Shown in pieces: positions 19,643-28,348 of a stretch of 32,000 nt of DNA (position 1 is the first letter of the stretch; every line of letters starts with the position of its first letter). Position numbers and translations under genes: made by a program. The DNA is taken from contig NZ_CM001976.1 of NCBI RefSeq assembly GCF_000406145.1, positions 3,041,337 through 3,073,336 on the forward strand, read 5' to 3'. Source of the stretch: Dickeya dadantii NCPPB 898 (GTDB taxonomy: Bacteria; Pseudomonadota; Gammaproteobacteria; Enterobacterales; Enterobacteriaceae). The notes under the pieces were generated by a model that saw nothing but the letters and a program-made list of their open reading frames with translations, searched no databases and was not told the DNA's origin.

Positions 19643-20797
19643 ATGCTGGATTTTGAGTATTTCAACCCGACAAGAATCCTGTTTGGGCCAAGAAAACTGA
19701 CTGAGATTGTCAAATACATTCCAGAAAATGCCCGCATACTAATAACTTATGGCGGAGACAGCGCCAGAAAATACGGCACACTGGATGAAATCCGACAGAC
19801 ATTAATCGACCATTATACCTGCTTCGAATTTGGCGGTATCGAACCCAACCCTCAATATGCGACGTTGATGCGCGCCGTCGATGTCGTGAAAGCCAACAAG
19901 ATTGACTTTTTGCTGGCGATATGCGGCGGCTCGGTGGTTGACGGAACAAAATTCATCGCCGCCGCAAGCACACAGGATGATATCTGGAATACCTGGCTTG
20001 CCAGGGCGCCAATCCAGTCTGCTTTGCCGTTCGGGTGCGTAATGACATTACCGGCGACCGGCTCGGAAATGAACGCCACAGCCGTGGTATCCCACAAGCA
20101 ATCCGGCGCCAAAGCCGGCTATAGTCACCCACTGTTATTTCCCAAATTCGCGGTTCTCGATCCACGGAAATCCTACACTTTGCCATCGCGTCAGGTCGCT
20201 AATGGCGTAGTGGATGCATTTGTGCACGTACTGGAACAGTATCTGACCTATCCGGTCTACGGCAAAGTGCAGGATCGGTTTGCAGAAGGGTTACTGCTGA
20301 CCTTAATAGAAGAAGGCCCCAAAGCCATACAGACACCGGAAAGCTATGATGTTCGCGCGACGCTTACCTGGAGCGCCACGCTGGCCCTCAACGGGTTGAT
20401 CGGCGCCGGCGTACCGCAGGACTGGGCAACGCACCGTATCGGTCACCAGTTAACATCGCTTTTCGGACTGGACCATGCGCAAACGCTGGCGGTTCTTCTG
20501 CCTGCCTTGCTTGATGTGCAGCGGCGCACAAAGCATGACAAGCTGGTGCAGTACGCCCTCCGGGTATGGAATCTTACCGCGGCGGATGAGGATAGCCTGA
20601 TTTCACTGGCTATCGAGAAAACACGAGATTTCTTTGAGTCCATGGGGGTAAAAACCCGCATGCGCGACTACAACCTGTCCGAATCCGCCATTGACGATAT
20701 TTTGGCGAATCTGGACAAATTTCATTTGTTGCCGCAGGGGGAACACCAGGATATTGACCGCGCCGCCGCCCACCGGATTTTGCGTCAAAGTTATTAA
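19643..20797 (+). CDS. yqhD: Iron-containing (group III) alcohol dehydrogenase, YqhD-like NADPH-dependent aldehyde reductase
   Basis: 384 aa and collinear with E. coli YqhD over its full length (PTRILFG..., ITYGGDS, FGGIEPNPQY, GGGSV-DGTKFIAAA, LPATGSE, VANGVVDAFVH, GVPQDWATH). GGAG lies 8 nt upstream of the ATG. The gene symbol is by homology only. Confidence 0.88.
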   Translation: MLDFEYFNPTRILFGPRKLTEIVKYIPENARILITYGGDSARKYGTLDEIRQTLIDHYTCFEFGGIEPNPQYATLMRAVDVVKANKIDFLLAICGGSVVDGTKFIAAASTQDDIWNTWLARAPIQSALPFGCVMTLPATGSEMNATAVVSHKQSGAKAGYSHPLLFPKFAVLDPRKSYTLPSRQVANGVVDAFVHVLEQYLTYPVYGKVQDRFAEGLLLTLIEEGPKAIQTPESYDVRATLTWSATLALNGLIGAGVPQDWATHRIGHQLTSLFGLDHAQTLAVLLPALLDVQRRTKHDKLVQYALRVWNLTAADEDSLISLAIEKTRDFFESMGVKTRMRDYNLSESAIDDILANLDKFHLLPQGEHQDIDRAAAHRILRQSY

Positions 20798-20840
20798 AAC
20801 ACCGTTCCTGATTAAATGAATACATCAGTTCGTACGTCAT

Positions 20841-20878
20841 GCGCGTATGCCATTTCGGGTACGCGCCTTCCCGTTTTT
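20841..20878 (+). terminator. Putative terminator after the alcohol dehydrogenase gene
   Basis: GCGCGTA-(12 nt)-TACGCGC stem followed by cttcccgTTTTT. The stem is modest and the U-tract is displaced. Confidence 0.4.
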
Positions 20879-20984
20879 AGACATCCGTCACGCTGATTAA
20901 TTGCCTAATAATTGAAATATATAAATAACAGGATCTGATATACCTCTGCCGCCAGATTCGTGATCGACATCGCATTGAAATTCA

Positions 20985-21011
20985 TGAATGTTTCACATTA
21001 TATGCCGATGT
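20985..21011 (+). promoter_or_regulatory. Weak sigma28-like promoter upstream of the second MCP
   Basis: GAATGTTT-(10 nt)-GCCGATGT matches 6/8 and 6/8 of the consensus, with the spacer one nt short. It lies ~120 bp upstream of ATG 21133. MCP genes are typically class 3. Confidence 0.35.
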
Positions 21012-21132
21012 TAGATTATGTTGGTATTTGAGTAAGGATCGCCACACAGCTGTTTCCAGAAACAAAAAACACCCAAACTACACCTGCGCGTAGTACGGTT
21101 GATGTACATATATTTTTCCTGAAAATGAGCGA

Positions 21133-22858
21133 ATGGATATGAAAATGATGTCAAAGTCTGAACAACAGGGTAAAACCGGCATATTGGGTAATCTTGGACT
21201 GGTGCCGTTATTTGTCATCATTCTGGGCGGGATCATGCTGTTATTCGCCCTGGCCATCGGCACCGCCAGCTTATTTTTTGGTGCGCGCCAATCAGAGCCT
21301 GGATTACGTTACTCAGGAAATTGACGTCCGCCTCGGGCTGTCAAACAGTTCCAACCATCTCAGAACCGCCCGTCTGCTCATAATCCAGGCTGGCGCCGCC
21401 GTTCGTGTTGGAGACACGGAAGTATTCAATAACAACCTGAAACAGGCGGAACAGCGCATTGCCTCGTCGAAAGACGCCTTCAAAGTGTATGAGAACCGTG
21501 CCGTCAAAACCGACACGGATCTGGCACTGGAGCCGGAACTGAATAAGGCCTATAACGATTACGTCGAAAAAGGCATCATGCCGATGCTTAAGGCAGCGAA
21601 AGATGGTTATTTCGAAGAAATATTGACGCACGAATCGGAAGAGGTCCGGGTACTGGACGAGGCCTACAATAAACCGTTGCTGAAAGCGATTGCCTTTCGT
21701 ACCGAACGTGCCAAGGCGCTTAATAGCAATGCGCAATATCAGGCCATGATGGGTTATACGTTGATGGCCGTCAGCTTCGCCATTGCCATCGCCATGACCC
21801 TACTGACCTTCCTGTTCCTGCGCGGTACGCTGATTAAGCCGATGAACCGCCTGGTGCAACGCATTCAGCGCATTGCTCATGGCGATCTGACCCAGCCCAA
21901 CGAAGTCTATGGTAAGAACGAAATCGGTATTTTGGGCCAGAATATCCAGCAGATGCAGGAATCGCTGGTACATACGGTTTCCACCGTGCGCGACAGCGCA
22001 GACTCCATTTATCAGGGAACCACTGAAATCACAGCTGGCAACAGCGACCTCTCCTCCCGCACCGAGCAACAAGCCGCAGCGATTGAAGAGACCGCCGCCA
22101 GCATGGAACAGTTGACCGCAACCGTAAAACAGAACTCCGACAACGCGCACCATGCCAGCCAGCTAGCCTCGAATGCCTCCGGCAAGGCGAAACAAGGAGG
22201 CGACATCGTCGAAAATGTGGTTAACACCATGAACAGCATTTCCGGCAGCTCACGCAAAATTTCTGAAATCACCAACGTGATCAACAGCATTGCCTTTCAG
22301 ACCAACATCCTGGCGTTGAACGCCGCGGTAGAAGCGGCTCGTGCCGGCGAACAAGGCCGGGGATTCGCGGTGGTAGCAGGAGAAGTGCGCAGCCTGGCAC
22401 AGCGTAGCGCCCAGGCCGCCAAGGAGATTGAGGGTCTGATCTCCGAGTCAGTTTCGCTGGTTCATAGCGGTTCAGAACTGGTAGACAAGGCGGGTCAAAC
22501 CATGCACGAAATCGTTCAGGCCGTGAGCAGCGTGACCGACATTATGAATGAAATCGCTTCAGCCTCCGACGAACAAAGCCGTGGCATTACTCAGGTTGGA
22601 CAGGCGATTTCCGAGATGGATAGCGTCACGCAACAAAACGCCGCGCTGGTGCAGCAGGCCTCTGCCGCCGCCGCATCGCTCGAAGAACAGGCGATGGTGC
22701 TGACCCGCGCGGTATCCGCCTTCAAACTCACCGGCCATCAGGATAAGGCTTACGCTCAGGCCCCTCTTGCGCAGAAGCCACTGCTGGCTACGTCAACCGC
22801 CGGGCTGGGTTCGTCTTCCAGCGCTAAACCCGGCAGCGATAACTGGGAAACCTTCTGA
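21133..22858 (+). CDS. Methyl-accepting chemotaxis protein (4HB sensor, HAMP, signalling domain, NWETF), reading frame broken at a T6 run (21274-21279); possible pseudogene or sequencing error
   Basis: Frame 1 (21133-21324) encodes the cytoplasmic N-terminus and TM1 ([33 protein letters not shown]), then stops after 14 more codons. Frame 2 (track ORF 21194-22858, TTG start, no TM helix in its first 27 codons) carries the rest, from ...[17 protein letters not shown] to NWETF. Removing one T from the T6 run fuses them into a canonical ~574-aa MCP. Confidence 0.85.
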
Positions 22859-22864
22859 TGTATT

Positions 22865-22910
22865 AGGCCGATGCAGATAGATGCAGATAACTGTATCGGC
22901 CTGTTTATTT
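22865..22910. terminator. Bidirectional terminator between the MCP (+) and the small ORF (-)
   Basis: AGGCCGATgCAG...CTGtATCGGCCT forms an 8-bp perfect stem plus 3 bp after one mismatch, followed by GTTTATTT. It lies between convergent stops at 22858 and 22918. Confidence 0.55.
22870..22889. repeat. Perfect tandem duplication gatgcagata x2 inside the terminator loop
   Basis: Read directly: gatgcagata (22870-22879) followed by gatgcagata (22880-22889). Confidence 0.9.
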
Positions 22911-22917
22911 GCCCGCA

Positions 22918-23163
22918 TTATTTGTCCGCAGGTTGACGCGGTTCGACAAAGACCCCTTCCGGGCTGCTAAGCTCGTTGAAGAACCAGATCCCCTCGGGAT
23001 AATCCTCCAGCGCGATCAGGTACATGGTCCCTTCCTGAAACGGTTCCACAGCCAGAATGACCCCTTCTCTGCGCACTTCGCCATCGGTCTTTACCGTCAC
23101 CACATCATTTACGTTCAATCGCCCACCTCTTCCTCTTCGCTCCAGCCTTGTCATCCGGCCCAT
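22918..23163 (-). CDS. Small hypothetical cytoplasmic protein (66-81 aa)
   Basis: This is the C-terminal part of the 165-aa track ORF. Upstream of 23163 that ORF overlaps the VOC gene in another frame and is presumably spurious. Candidate starts are ATG 23163, or TTG 23118 preceded by GAGGTGG ([49 protein letters not shown]...). I do not recognise the family. Confidence 0.5.
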   Translation of the reverse strand: MGRMTRLERRGRGGRLNVNDVVTVKTDGEVRREGVILAVEPFQEGTMYLIALEDYPEGIWFFNELSSPEGVFVEPRQPADK

Positions 23164-23173
23164 ACGAAAACAC

Positions 23174-23593
23174 TTATGCCAATCCACCGACGGTATTGTC
23201 AAACTCAGGGGTATAGACAAAACACAGCTTGTTTCCCTCCGGGTCACGGCAGTAAGCGCCATAATAGTCAAGGGCATAGTGCGCGCGAAGCCCTGGCGCG
23301 CCTTCGTCGCCGCCTCCCAGCGATAACGCGGTTTCCCAAACGTGACGCACAGCCTGCGGCGAACTGACGGCGAAGCTGACCTGCACCCCATTTCCCCAGG
23401 TTGCCGGCAAACCATTTAGCGGAACCTGAACATAGAACTGCGGCCAGCGTCGCCCCGGGATATGCCACCCTTGCCCCGCCGGGCCTCCCGGCTCCTCCTC
23501 AACCGGGACAAACCCAAGCTCACCCAGAATAGCGGCATAGAAGCGGACCATAAGGTCGATATCCCGGGCACCGAGGATGATATGACTGAACAT
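23174..23593 (-). CDS. VOC (glyoxalase/bleomycin-resistance/dioxygenase) family protein
   Basis: 139 aa. [19 protein letters not shown]...[22 protein letters not shown] is the typical VOC fold signature at both ends. Confidence 0.8.
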   Translation of the reverse strand: MFSHIILGARDIDLMVRFYAAILGELGFVPVEEEPGGPAGQGWHIPGRRWPQFYVQVPLNGLPATWGNGVQVSFAVSSPQAVRHVWETALSLGGGDEGAPGLRAHYALDYYGAYCRDPEGNKLCFVYTPEFDNTVGGLA

Positions 23594-23634
23594 CGCTTTT
23601 CTTTTATTTCCATTTCACGCGCCAGACGCGGCCA

Positions 23635-24114
23635 TCAGTCAAACACGCCATTGATAATGGTGGTCACCACCGCCGTGCTGAGCGCAATCAATACCAAGTC
23701 TTTACCGACAATCTGCCACTCATACCCTGGGTAAGACGGCAACCCGCGCAACATTTCCGGCGGTACGGCACGACGTGCAATCCCCGGCGGCAGTGGTTTC
23801 CCCCTGGCCAGATTCTTCGCTACGCCGGGGGGAAGCCCGCGATAGCCGGTGAAGCCATGATCGACGGCAAGACGCCGCGCATCATTATAGGAGAAACGAT
23901 TATGATCCGGCGATCGTCCGCCATTATCGGGCATAGATGACCGAGCCGGACCCGGATGCCCACCCTGCTGGTGAGGGTTATCGCGTTGCCATTGATAATC
24001 GGGTCCGCCATTGCCCGGCCCTTTACCACCTGGCTCCGCCGATACCGGCACCGAAACCGAAAAAACAGAGGTAGCCAGCAGCATCGCCAGCACAGAAAAA
24101 GAGTATTTAGACAT
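23635..24114 (-). CDS. Secreted Gly/Pro-rich protein, CigR/RcnB-like family
   Basis: The track ORF starts at 24144. ATG 24114 (MSKYSFSVLAMLLATSVFSVSVPVSA, a signal peptide) has AAGG upstream. The C-terminal LPPGVAKNLARGKPLPPGIARR...YEWQIVGKDLVLIALSTAVVTTIINGVFD resembles what I recall of CigR-family proteins. The family call is from memory. Confidence 0.6.
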   Translation of the reverse strand: MSKYSFSVLAMLLATSVFSVSVPVSAEPGGKGPGNGGPDYQWQRDNPHQQGGHPGPARSSMPDNGGRSPDHNRFSYNDARRLAVDHGFTGYRGLPPGVAKNLARGKPLPPGIARRAVPPEMLRGLPSYPGYEWQIVGKDLVLIALSTAVVTTIINGVFD

Positions 24115-24477
24115 GGTACGACCTTTATAAGGAATGGAAACCATAAGGAATATATATAGCGTAAATATCCGGACGAATAGGGAATATCTCAGTTTTATCT
24201 ACCGCTATATCTGGTACATCAGCGCTACGTTTACGCCATTAACAGATGAATATATCGCTGCACACTTTTAAAACATCGTTTCATCTGAATTGCTGTTTTT
24301 CTGATATCTCCGGCTCCACCTTGCCCAACATACTTTTATAATCACCACGGTGAATAGTTTTATGAACATGCAATTCAACCGCCATGTTCACGCGATAACG
24401 CAAGGCCTGTCGGACCTCGGCTTATGCCTGACGGTTATTGCCCGGCTTAGACGCGATACACACTCATCCCGCGGTTC

Positions 24478-25974
24478 GTGATGAAAAAAGCGCGCAACAT
24501 TTGTCCTCCTTCTGCCTGTGATACGAAGATAGGTAACATGATTTTGAATACAGCCAAACAGCTGTTGAGTACACTGAGAAGCACCTCCTGGTACAAAAAG
24601 CGTCATTCCAATCGGGTCCTGTTCTGGCGTGAAATTACGCCATTAGCGGTTCCCATTTTTATCGAAGGGCTGTGCGTGGTGCTGATGGGGATATTCAGCA
24701 CCTTTCTGGTTAGTTGGCTTGGTAAAGAAGCCATGGCCGCCGTAGGGTTAGCGGACAGCTTCAACATGCTGATTATTGCGTTTTTCACTGCAGTCGCGCT
24801 GGGGACGGCCGTCGTGGTGGCGTTCAGTCTTGGTCAACGCAATCGCAAACAGGCCCGACAAGCCGCACGGCAATCGATCTCATTATTGGTGCTGATCTCC
24901 CTGCTGCTGGTGGGACTGGTGGAGTTTGCCGGTCAAACCATCATCGACCTGATTGCTTATAATGCCGAACCGGCCGTGAAATCACTGGCGCTGACATTCC
25001 TGCGCCTTACCGTCTGGGGTTACCCGGCGCTGGCCATCACGCTGGTCGGTTGCGGCGCGTTACGCGGCGCCGGCAACACCCGCTTGCCGATGATCATCAA
25101 TATTGGGATGAATATCCTGAATATTCTGCTCAGCGGCGTGTTGATTTACGGCGTGGCCTCATGGCAAGGCGTGGGGTTCATCGGCGCAGGTCTGGGGATC
25201 ACGCTCTCTCGCTATCTGGGCGCATTATGTGTCGTACTCGCCCTGACCAAAGGCTTCAACGGCGCGCTGCGCATCCCGTTTCAGAGCTACTTCGCGCCGT
25301 TCACCACCACGATTCTCTATGAAGTGCTCAGTATCGGCATTCCAGCCAGCATCGAATCGGTTATGTTTAACGTGGGGAAATTGATCACCCAGCGCTTTGT
25401 CGCCGGCATGGGGACCGAGGTCATCGCCGGCAATTTTATTGCCTTTTCTATCGCCGCGCTGATTAACCTGCCAGGTAACGCCCTGGGATCAACCGCTACC
25501 ATCATTGTCGGGTCGCGTCTGGGTAAAGGGCAACGCATGCAACCGGAACGGCAACTGAAGTATATCTTCTGGCTTTCCAACGTTGGTCTGTGCGCACTGG
25601 CATTGTTTTCTGTGCCTACCGCCGGATTGATGGCTTCCATGTACACCAACGAACCTGATGTCATTACCGTAGTTAAACAGTTGATCTGGCTGAACGCGTT
25701 GTTCATGCCGATATGGGCCGCATCCTGGGTACTGCCCGCCGGCCTGAAGGGAGCCAAAGACGCCAGCTATACTATGTGGGTCGCGCTGGCTGGCATGTGG
25801 GGGTGCCGGGTTATCGCCGGTTATATTCTAGGCATCATGCTGGGATTTGGGGTGATCGGCGTCTGGATGGGGATGTTTCTCGACTGGATCGTCCGTGGCG
25901 CGCTGTTTTATCAGCGAATGATCAGCGGCAAATGGTTATGGCGCTATAAACCCTCGGTTAACCAGGACAGGTAA
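24478..25974 (+). CDS. yeeO: MATE family efflux transporter, YeeO-like
   Basis: 498-aa ORF (GTG 24478; alternative ATGs at 24481 and 24538). It is collinear with E. coli YeeO (FWREITPLAVP, LSTFLVSWLGK-AMA-VGLADSFNM, FMPIWAASWVLPAG-KGA-DA, GVWMGMF-DW) with ~12 predicted TM segments. Confidence 0.85.
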   Translation: MMKKARNICPPSACDTKIGNMILNTAKQLLSTLRSTSWYKKRHSNRVLFWREITPLAVPIFIEGLCVVLMGIFSTFLVSWLGKEAMAAVGLADSFNMLIIAFFTAVALGTAVVVAFSLGQRNRKQARQAARQSISLLVLISLLLVGLVEFAGQTIIDLIAYNAEPAVKSLALTFLRLTVWGYPALAITLVGCGALRGAGNTRLPMIINIGMNILNILLSGVLIYGVASWQGVGFIGAGLGITLSRYLGALCVVLALTKGFNGALRIPFQSYFAPFTTTILYEVLSIGIPASIESVMFNVGKLITQRFVAGMGTEVIAGNFIAFSIAALINLPGNALGSTATIIVGSRLGKGQRMQPERQLKYIFWLSNVGLCALALFSVPTAGLMASMYTNEPDVITVVKQLIWLNALFMPIWAASWVLPAGLKGAKDASYTMWVALAGMWGCRVIAGYILGIMLGFGVIGVWMGMFLDWIVRGALFYQRMISGKWLWRYKPSVNQDR

Positions 25975-25980
25975 GAAAAT

Positions 25981-26024
25981 CCGCATCCCCACAAACGTAT
26001 TTAGGGATGCGGCTTTCAATATTT
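25981..26024 (+). terminator. Terminator after the MATE transporter gene
   Basis: CCGCATCCC-(14 nt)-GGGATGCGG is a perfect 9-bp stem followed by ctttcaatatttc. It begins 7 nt after the stop. Confidence 0.6.
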
Positions 26025-26213
26025 CAATAAGAATAAAATCATCACAGCAGCTAATCATTTGACTAAGGAAATGTCACGTTTCCCTTTATTTTAAATAATT
26101 ATCATTATCCTGAAATATAAAATCCATTTGACCATGCATATTGGGTCGTGAATACTGCCAAAAACTAATAAGGGTATAAACCCCGCCATCTGGCTAACTA
26201 ACAGGAGTGAGCA

Positions 26214-26591
26214 ATGAAAAAAACAATTATGGCTATCGGTCTGGCAATCGCAGCGTCTACTGTAGCCCTGCCGTTCGCCAGCCAGGCCGCCGTCAAAGAC
26301 GAAATGGGCGCCATGGCGAAGAGCTACAAAAGCGCTTCCAGCGCCAATGATGCCGCCACGCTGAAAGCCGATCTACTAAACATGAAGGCCCATGCGACCA
26401 AGGCCAAAGCAGACCCGGATTTCAATAAAAGCCCGAATAGTGCGGTGTTTAACGAAGGTCTGGAGAAACTGCTCAAACAAATCGACGCGGCTATCGCGCT
26501 GGTTGATGCAGGCAAACTGCAGGAAGCCAAAGCCGCTACGGATGAACTGAAAAAAACCCGCGCCGAGTACCACAAAAAACTGGGCGTGTAA
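26214..26591 (+). CDS. cybC: Soluble cytochrome b562
   Basis: 125 aa with a signal peptide (…ALPFASQA). The four-helix pattern is collinear with E. coli CybC, including the heme-ligand Met (AAVKDEMGAM) and His (TRAEYHKKLG versus E. coli TRNAYHQKYR). AGGAG lies 6 nt upstream. Confidence 0.85.
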   Translation: MKKTIMAIGLAIAASTVALPFASQAAVKDEMGAMAKSYKSASSANDAATLKADLLNMKAHATKAKADPDFNKSPNSAVFNEGLEKLLKQIDAAIALVDAGKLQEAKAATDELKKTRAEYHKKLGV

Positions 26592-26602
26592 TTCACCTGC
26601 TA

Positions 26603-26635
26603 CCGCAGCGGTGAGGCTTATTATCACTGCTGCGG
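26603..26635 (+). terminator. Strong hairpin after cybC
   Basis: CCGCAGCGGTGA-(9 nt)-TCACTGCTGCGG is a 12-bp stem with one G-U pair, 12 nt after the stop. It is followed by a C/T-rich sequence rather than a clean U-tract. Confidence 0.5.
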
Positions 26636-26998
26636 CCTTCCTCCTCTTCCTCGCCAGTCATTAATAAAACAACGCAACGACTCTTTTTTCATCGACTTAT
26701 ATCGCGAAATTATTCCTTCCGGCGAAGGTATTAGGAAACCACTGAGCATCATCAGGGAAATAACACGATAACGCATTCACTATGATAATCAACATCATCG
26801 GTAGAGGGCGTATTGAAAATTCCGAGAATGAATCAGGTATCTGGACCTACTGTAGAAAATCCACTATAAACTAGAGAGTTTCATCATGTGCAAGTATTGC
26901 AATATTGATGAACACACCGACTGAATAGAATAAAACCAATCGCCTATTCTATTTACAGTTAACACTGACACATCGTCATATGAAATGGAGATTCATGT

Positions 26999-28279
26999 AT
27001 GCCGCTCTCTTATTTGGATAACAATCCAGTCATCGATAGCAAAAAACACGCCCTACGTAAAAAATTGTTTTTATCTTGTGCCTATTTTGGATTAAGCCTT
27101 GCCTGTCTTTCCAGTAATGCCTGGGCGAGCGTTGAACCGTTATCCGTTAACGGTAATAAAATCTACGCAGGTGAAAAAGCCAAAAGTTTTGCCGGCAACA
27201 GCTTATTCTGGAGTAATAATGGCTGGGGCGGAGAAAAATTCTATACAGCCGATACTGTTGCATCGCTGAAAAAAGACTGGAAATCCAGCATTGTTCGCAC
27301 CGCTATGGGCGTTCAGGAAAGCGGTGGTTATCTGCAGGACCCGGCTGGCAACAAGGCCAAAGTTGAAAGAGTGGTGGATGCCGCAATCGCCAACGATATG
27401 TATGCGATTATTGACTGGCACTCGCATTCTGCAGAAAACAATCGCAGTGAAGCCATTCGTTTCTTTCAGGAAATGGCGCGCAAATATGGCAACAAGCCGA
27501 ATGTCATTTATGAAATCTACAACGAGCCGCTTCAGGTTTCATGGAGCAATACCATTAAACCTTATGCCGAAGCCGTAATTTCCGCCATTCGCGCCATTGA
27601 CCCGGATAACCTGATTATTGTCGGTACGCCCAGCTGGTCGCAAAACGTTGATGAAGCGTCGCGCGATCCAATCAACGCCAAGAATATCGCCTATACGCTG
27701 CATTTCTACGCGGGAACCCATGGTGAGTCATTACGCAATAAAGCCCGTCAGGCGTTAAATAACGGTATTGCGCTTTTCGTCACCGAGTGGGGCACCGTTA
27801 ACGCAGACGGCAATGGCGGAGTGAACCAGACAGAAACCGACGCCTGGGTAACGTTCATGCGTGACAACAACATCAGCAACGCAAACTGGGCGTTGAATGA
27901 TAAAAACGAAGGGGCATCAACCTATTATCCGGACTCTACAAACCTGACCGAGTCGGGTAAAAAAGTAAAATCGATCATTCAAAGCTGGCCATATAAAGCG
28001 GGCAGCGCCGCCAGTGCAACAACCGATCCGTCAACCGATACCACCACTGACACCACCGTTGACGAACCGACCACAACCGACACACCGGCAACCGCTGATT
28101 GCGCCAATGCCAACGTTTACCCCAACTGGGTTAGCAAAGACTGGGCGGGCGGGCAGCCTACCCATAACGAAGCAGGCCAATCGATCGTCTACAAAGGCAA
28201 CCTGTATACCGCAAACTGGTACACCGCATCCGTTCCGGGCAGCGATTCCTCCTGGACGCAGGTTGGTAGCTGTAACTAA
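26999..28279 (+). CDS. celZ: Endoglucanase Z (GH5 catalytic domain, Thr/Asp-rich linker, C-terminal cellulose-binding domain), type II-secreted
   Basis: 426 aa with a long 43-residue signal peptide ending SNAWA. It has the GH5 motifs (IYEIYNEP acid/base Glu, FVTEWG nucleophile Glu), the linker TDPSTDTTTDTTVDEPTTTDTPATAD, and a C-terminal aromatic-rich CBD (YPNWVSKDWAGG...YTANWYT). It matches my recollection of E. chrysanthemi/D. dadantii EGZ. Confidence 0.92.
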   Translation: MPLSYLDNNPVIDSKKHALRKKLFLSCAYFGLSLACLSSNAWASVEPLSVNGNKIYAGEKAKSFAGNSLFWSNNGWGGEKFYTADTVASLKKDWKSSIVRTAMGVQESGGYLQDPAGNKAKVERVVDAAIANDMYAIIDWHSHSAENNRSEAIRFFQEMARKYGNKPNVIYEIYNEPLQVSWSNTIKPYAEAVISAIRAIDPDNLIIVGTPSWSQNVDEASRDPINAKNIAYTLHFYAGTHGESLRNKARQALNNGIALFVTEWGTVNADGNGGVNQTETDAWVTFMRDNNISNANWALNDKNEGASTYYPDSTNLTESGKKVKSIIQSWPYKAGSAASATTDPSTDTTTDTTVDEPTTTDTPATADCANANVYPNWVSKDWAGGQPTHNEAGQSIVYKGNLYTANWYTASVPGSDSSWTQVGSCN

Positions 28280-28301
28280 TTGATTAATCTTTTCACACCC
28301 C

Positions 28302-28329
28302 AAAAAACAGGGCTGCGATTGCAGCCCTG
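28302..28329. terminator. Bidirectional rho-independent terminator between celZ and pelL
   Basis: AAAAAA-CAGGGCTGC-gatt-GCAGCCCTG is a perfect 9-bp stem with a tetraloop. On the minus strand (pelL) it is followed by TTTTTT. On the plus strand (celZ) the tail is weak. Confidence 0.85.
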
Positions 28330-28348
28330 ATATGCAACATTCCATCAC

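Noticed and set aside
23164-23415. N-terminal 84 codons of the 165-aa track ORF 22918-23415
   Set aside because: It overlaps the VOC gene (23174-23593) on the same strand in another frame. The translation is Arg/Cys-rich and non-protein-like. Only the part downstream of 23163 is kept as a candidate gene.
26885-26905. CRP-like sequence TGTGCaagtatTGCAA upstream of celZ
   Set aside because: Only the left half-site is good and the right half-site is poor. This is not sufficient to call a site.
28014-28348. ORFs overlapping the celZ 3' end (89 aa plus strand, 105 aa minus strand)
   Set aside because: They are shadows of the Thr/Pro-rich linker and CBD coding region. The minus-strand ORF would also run through the terminator hairpin.
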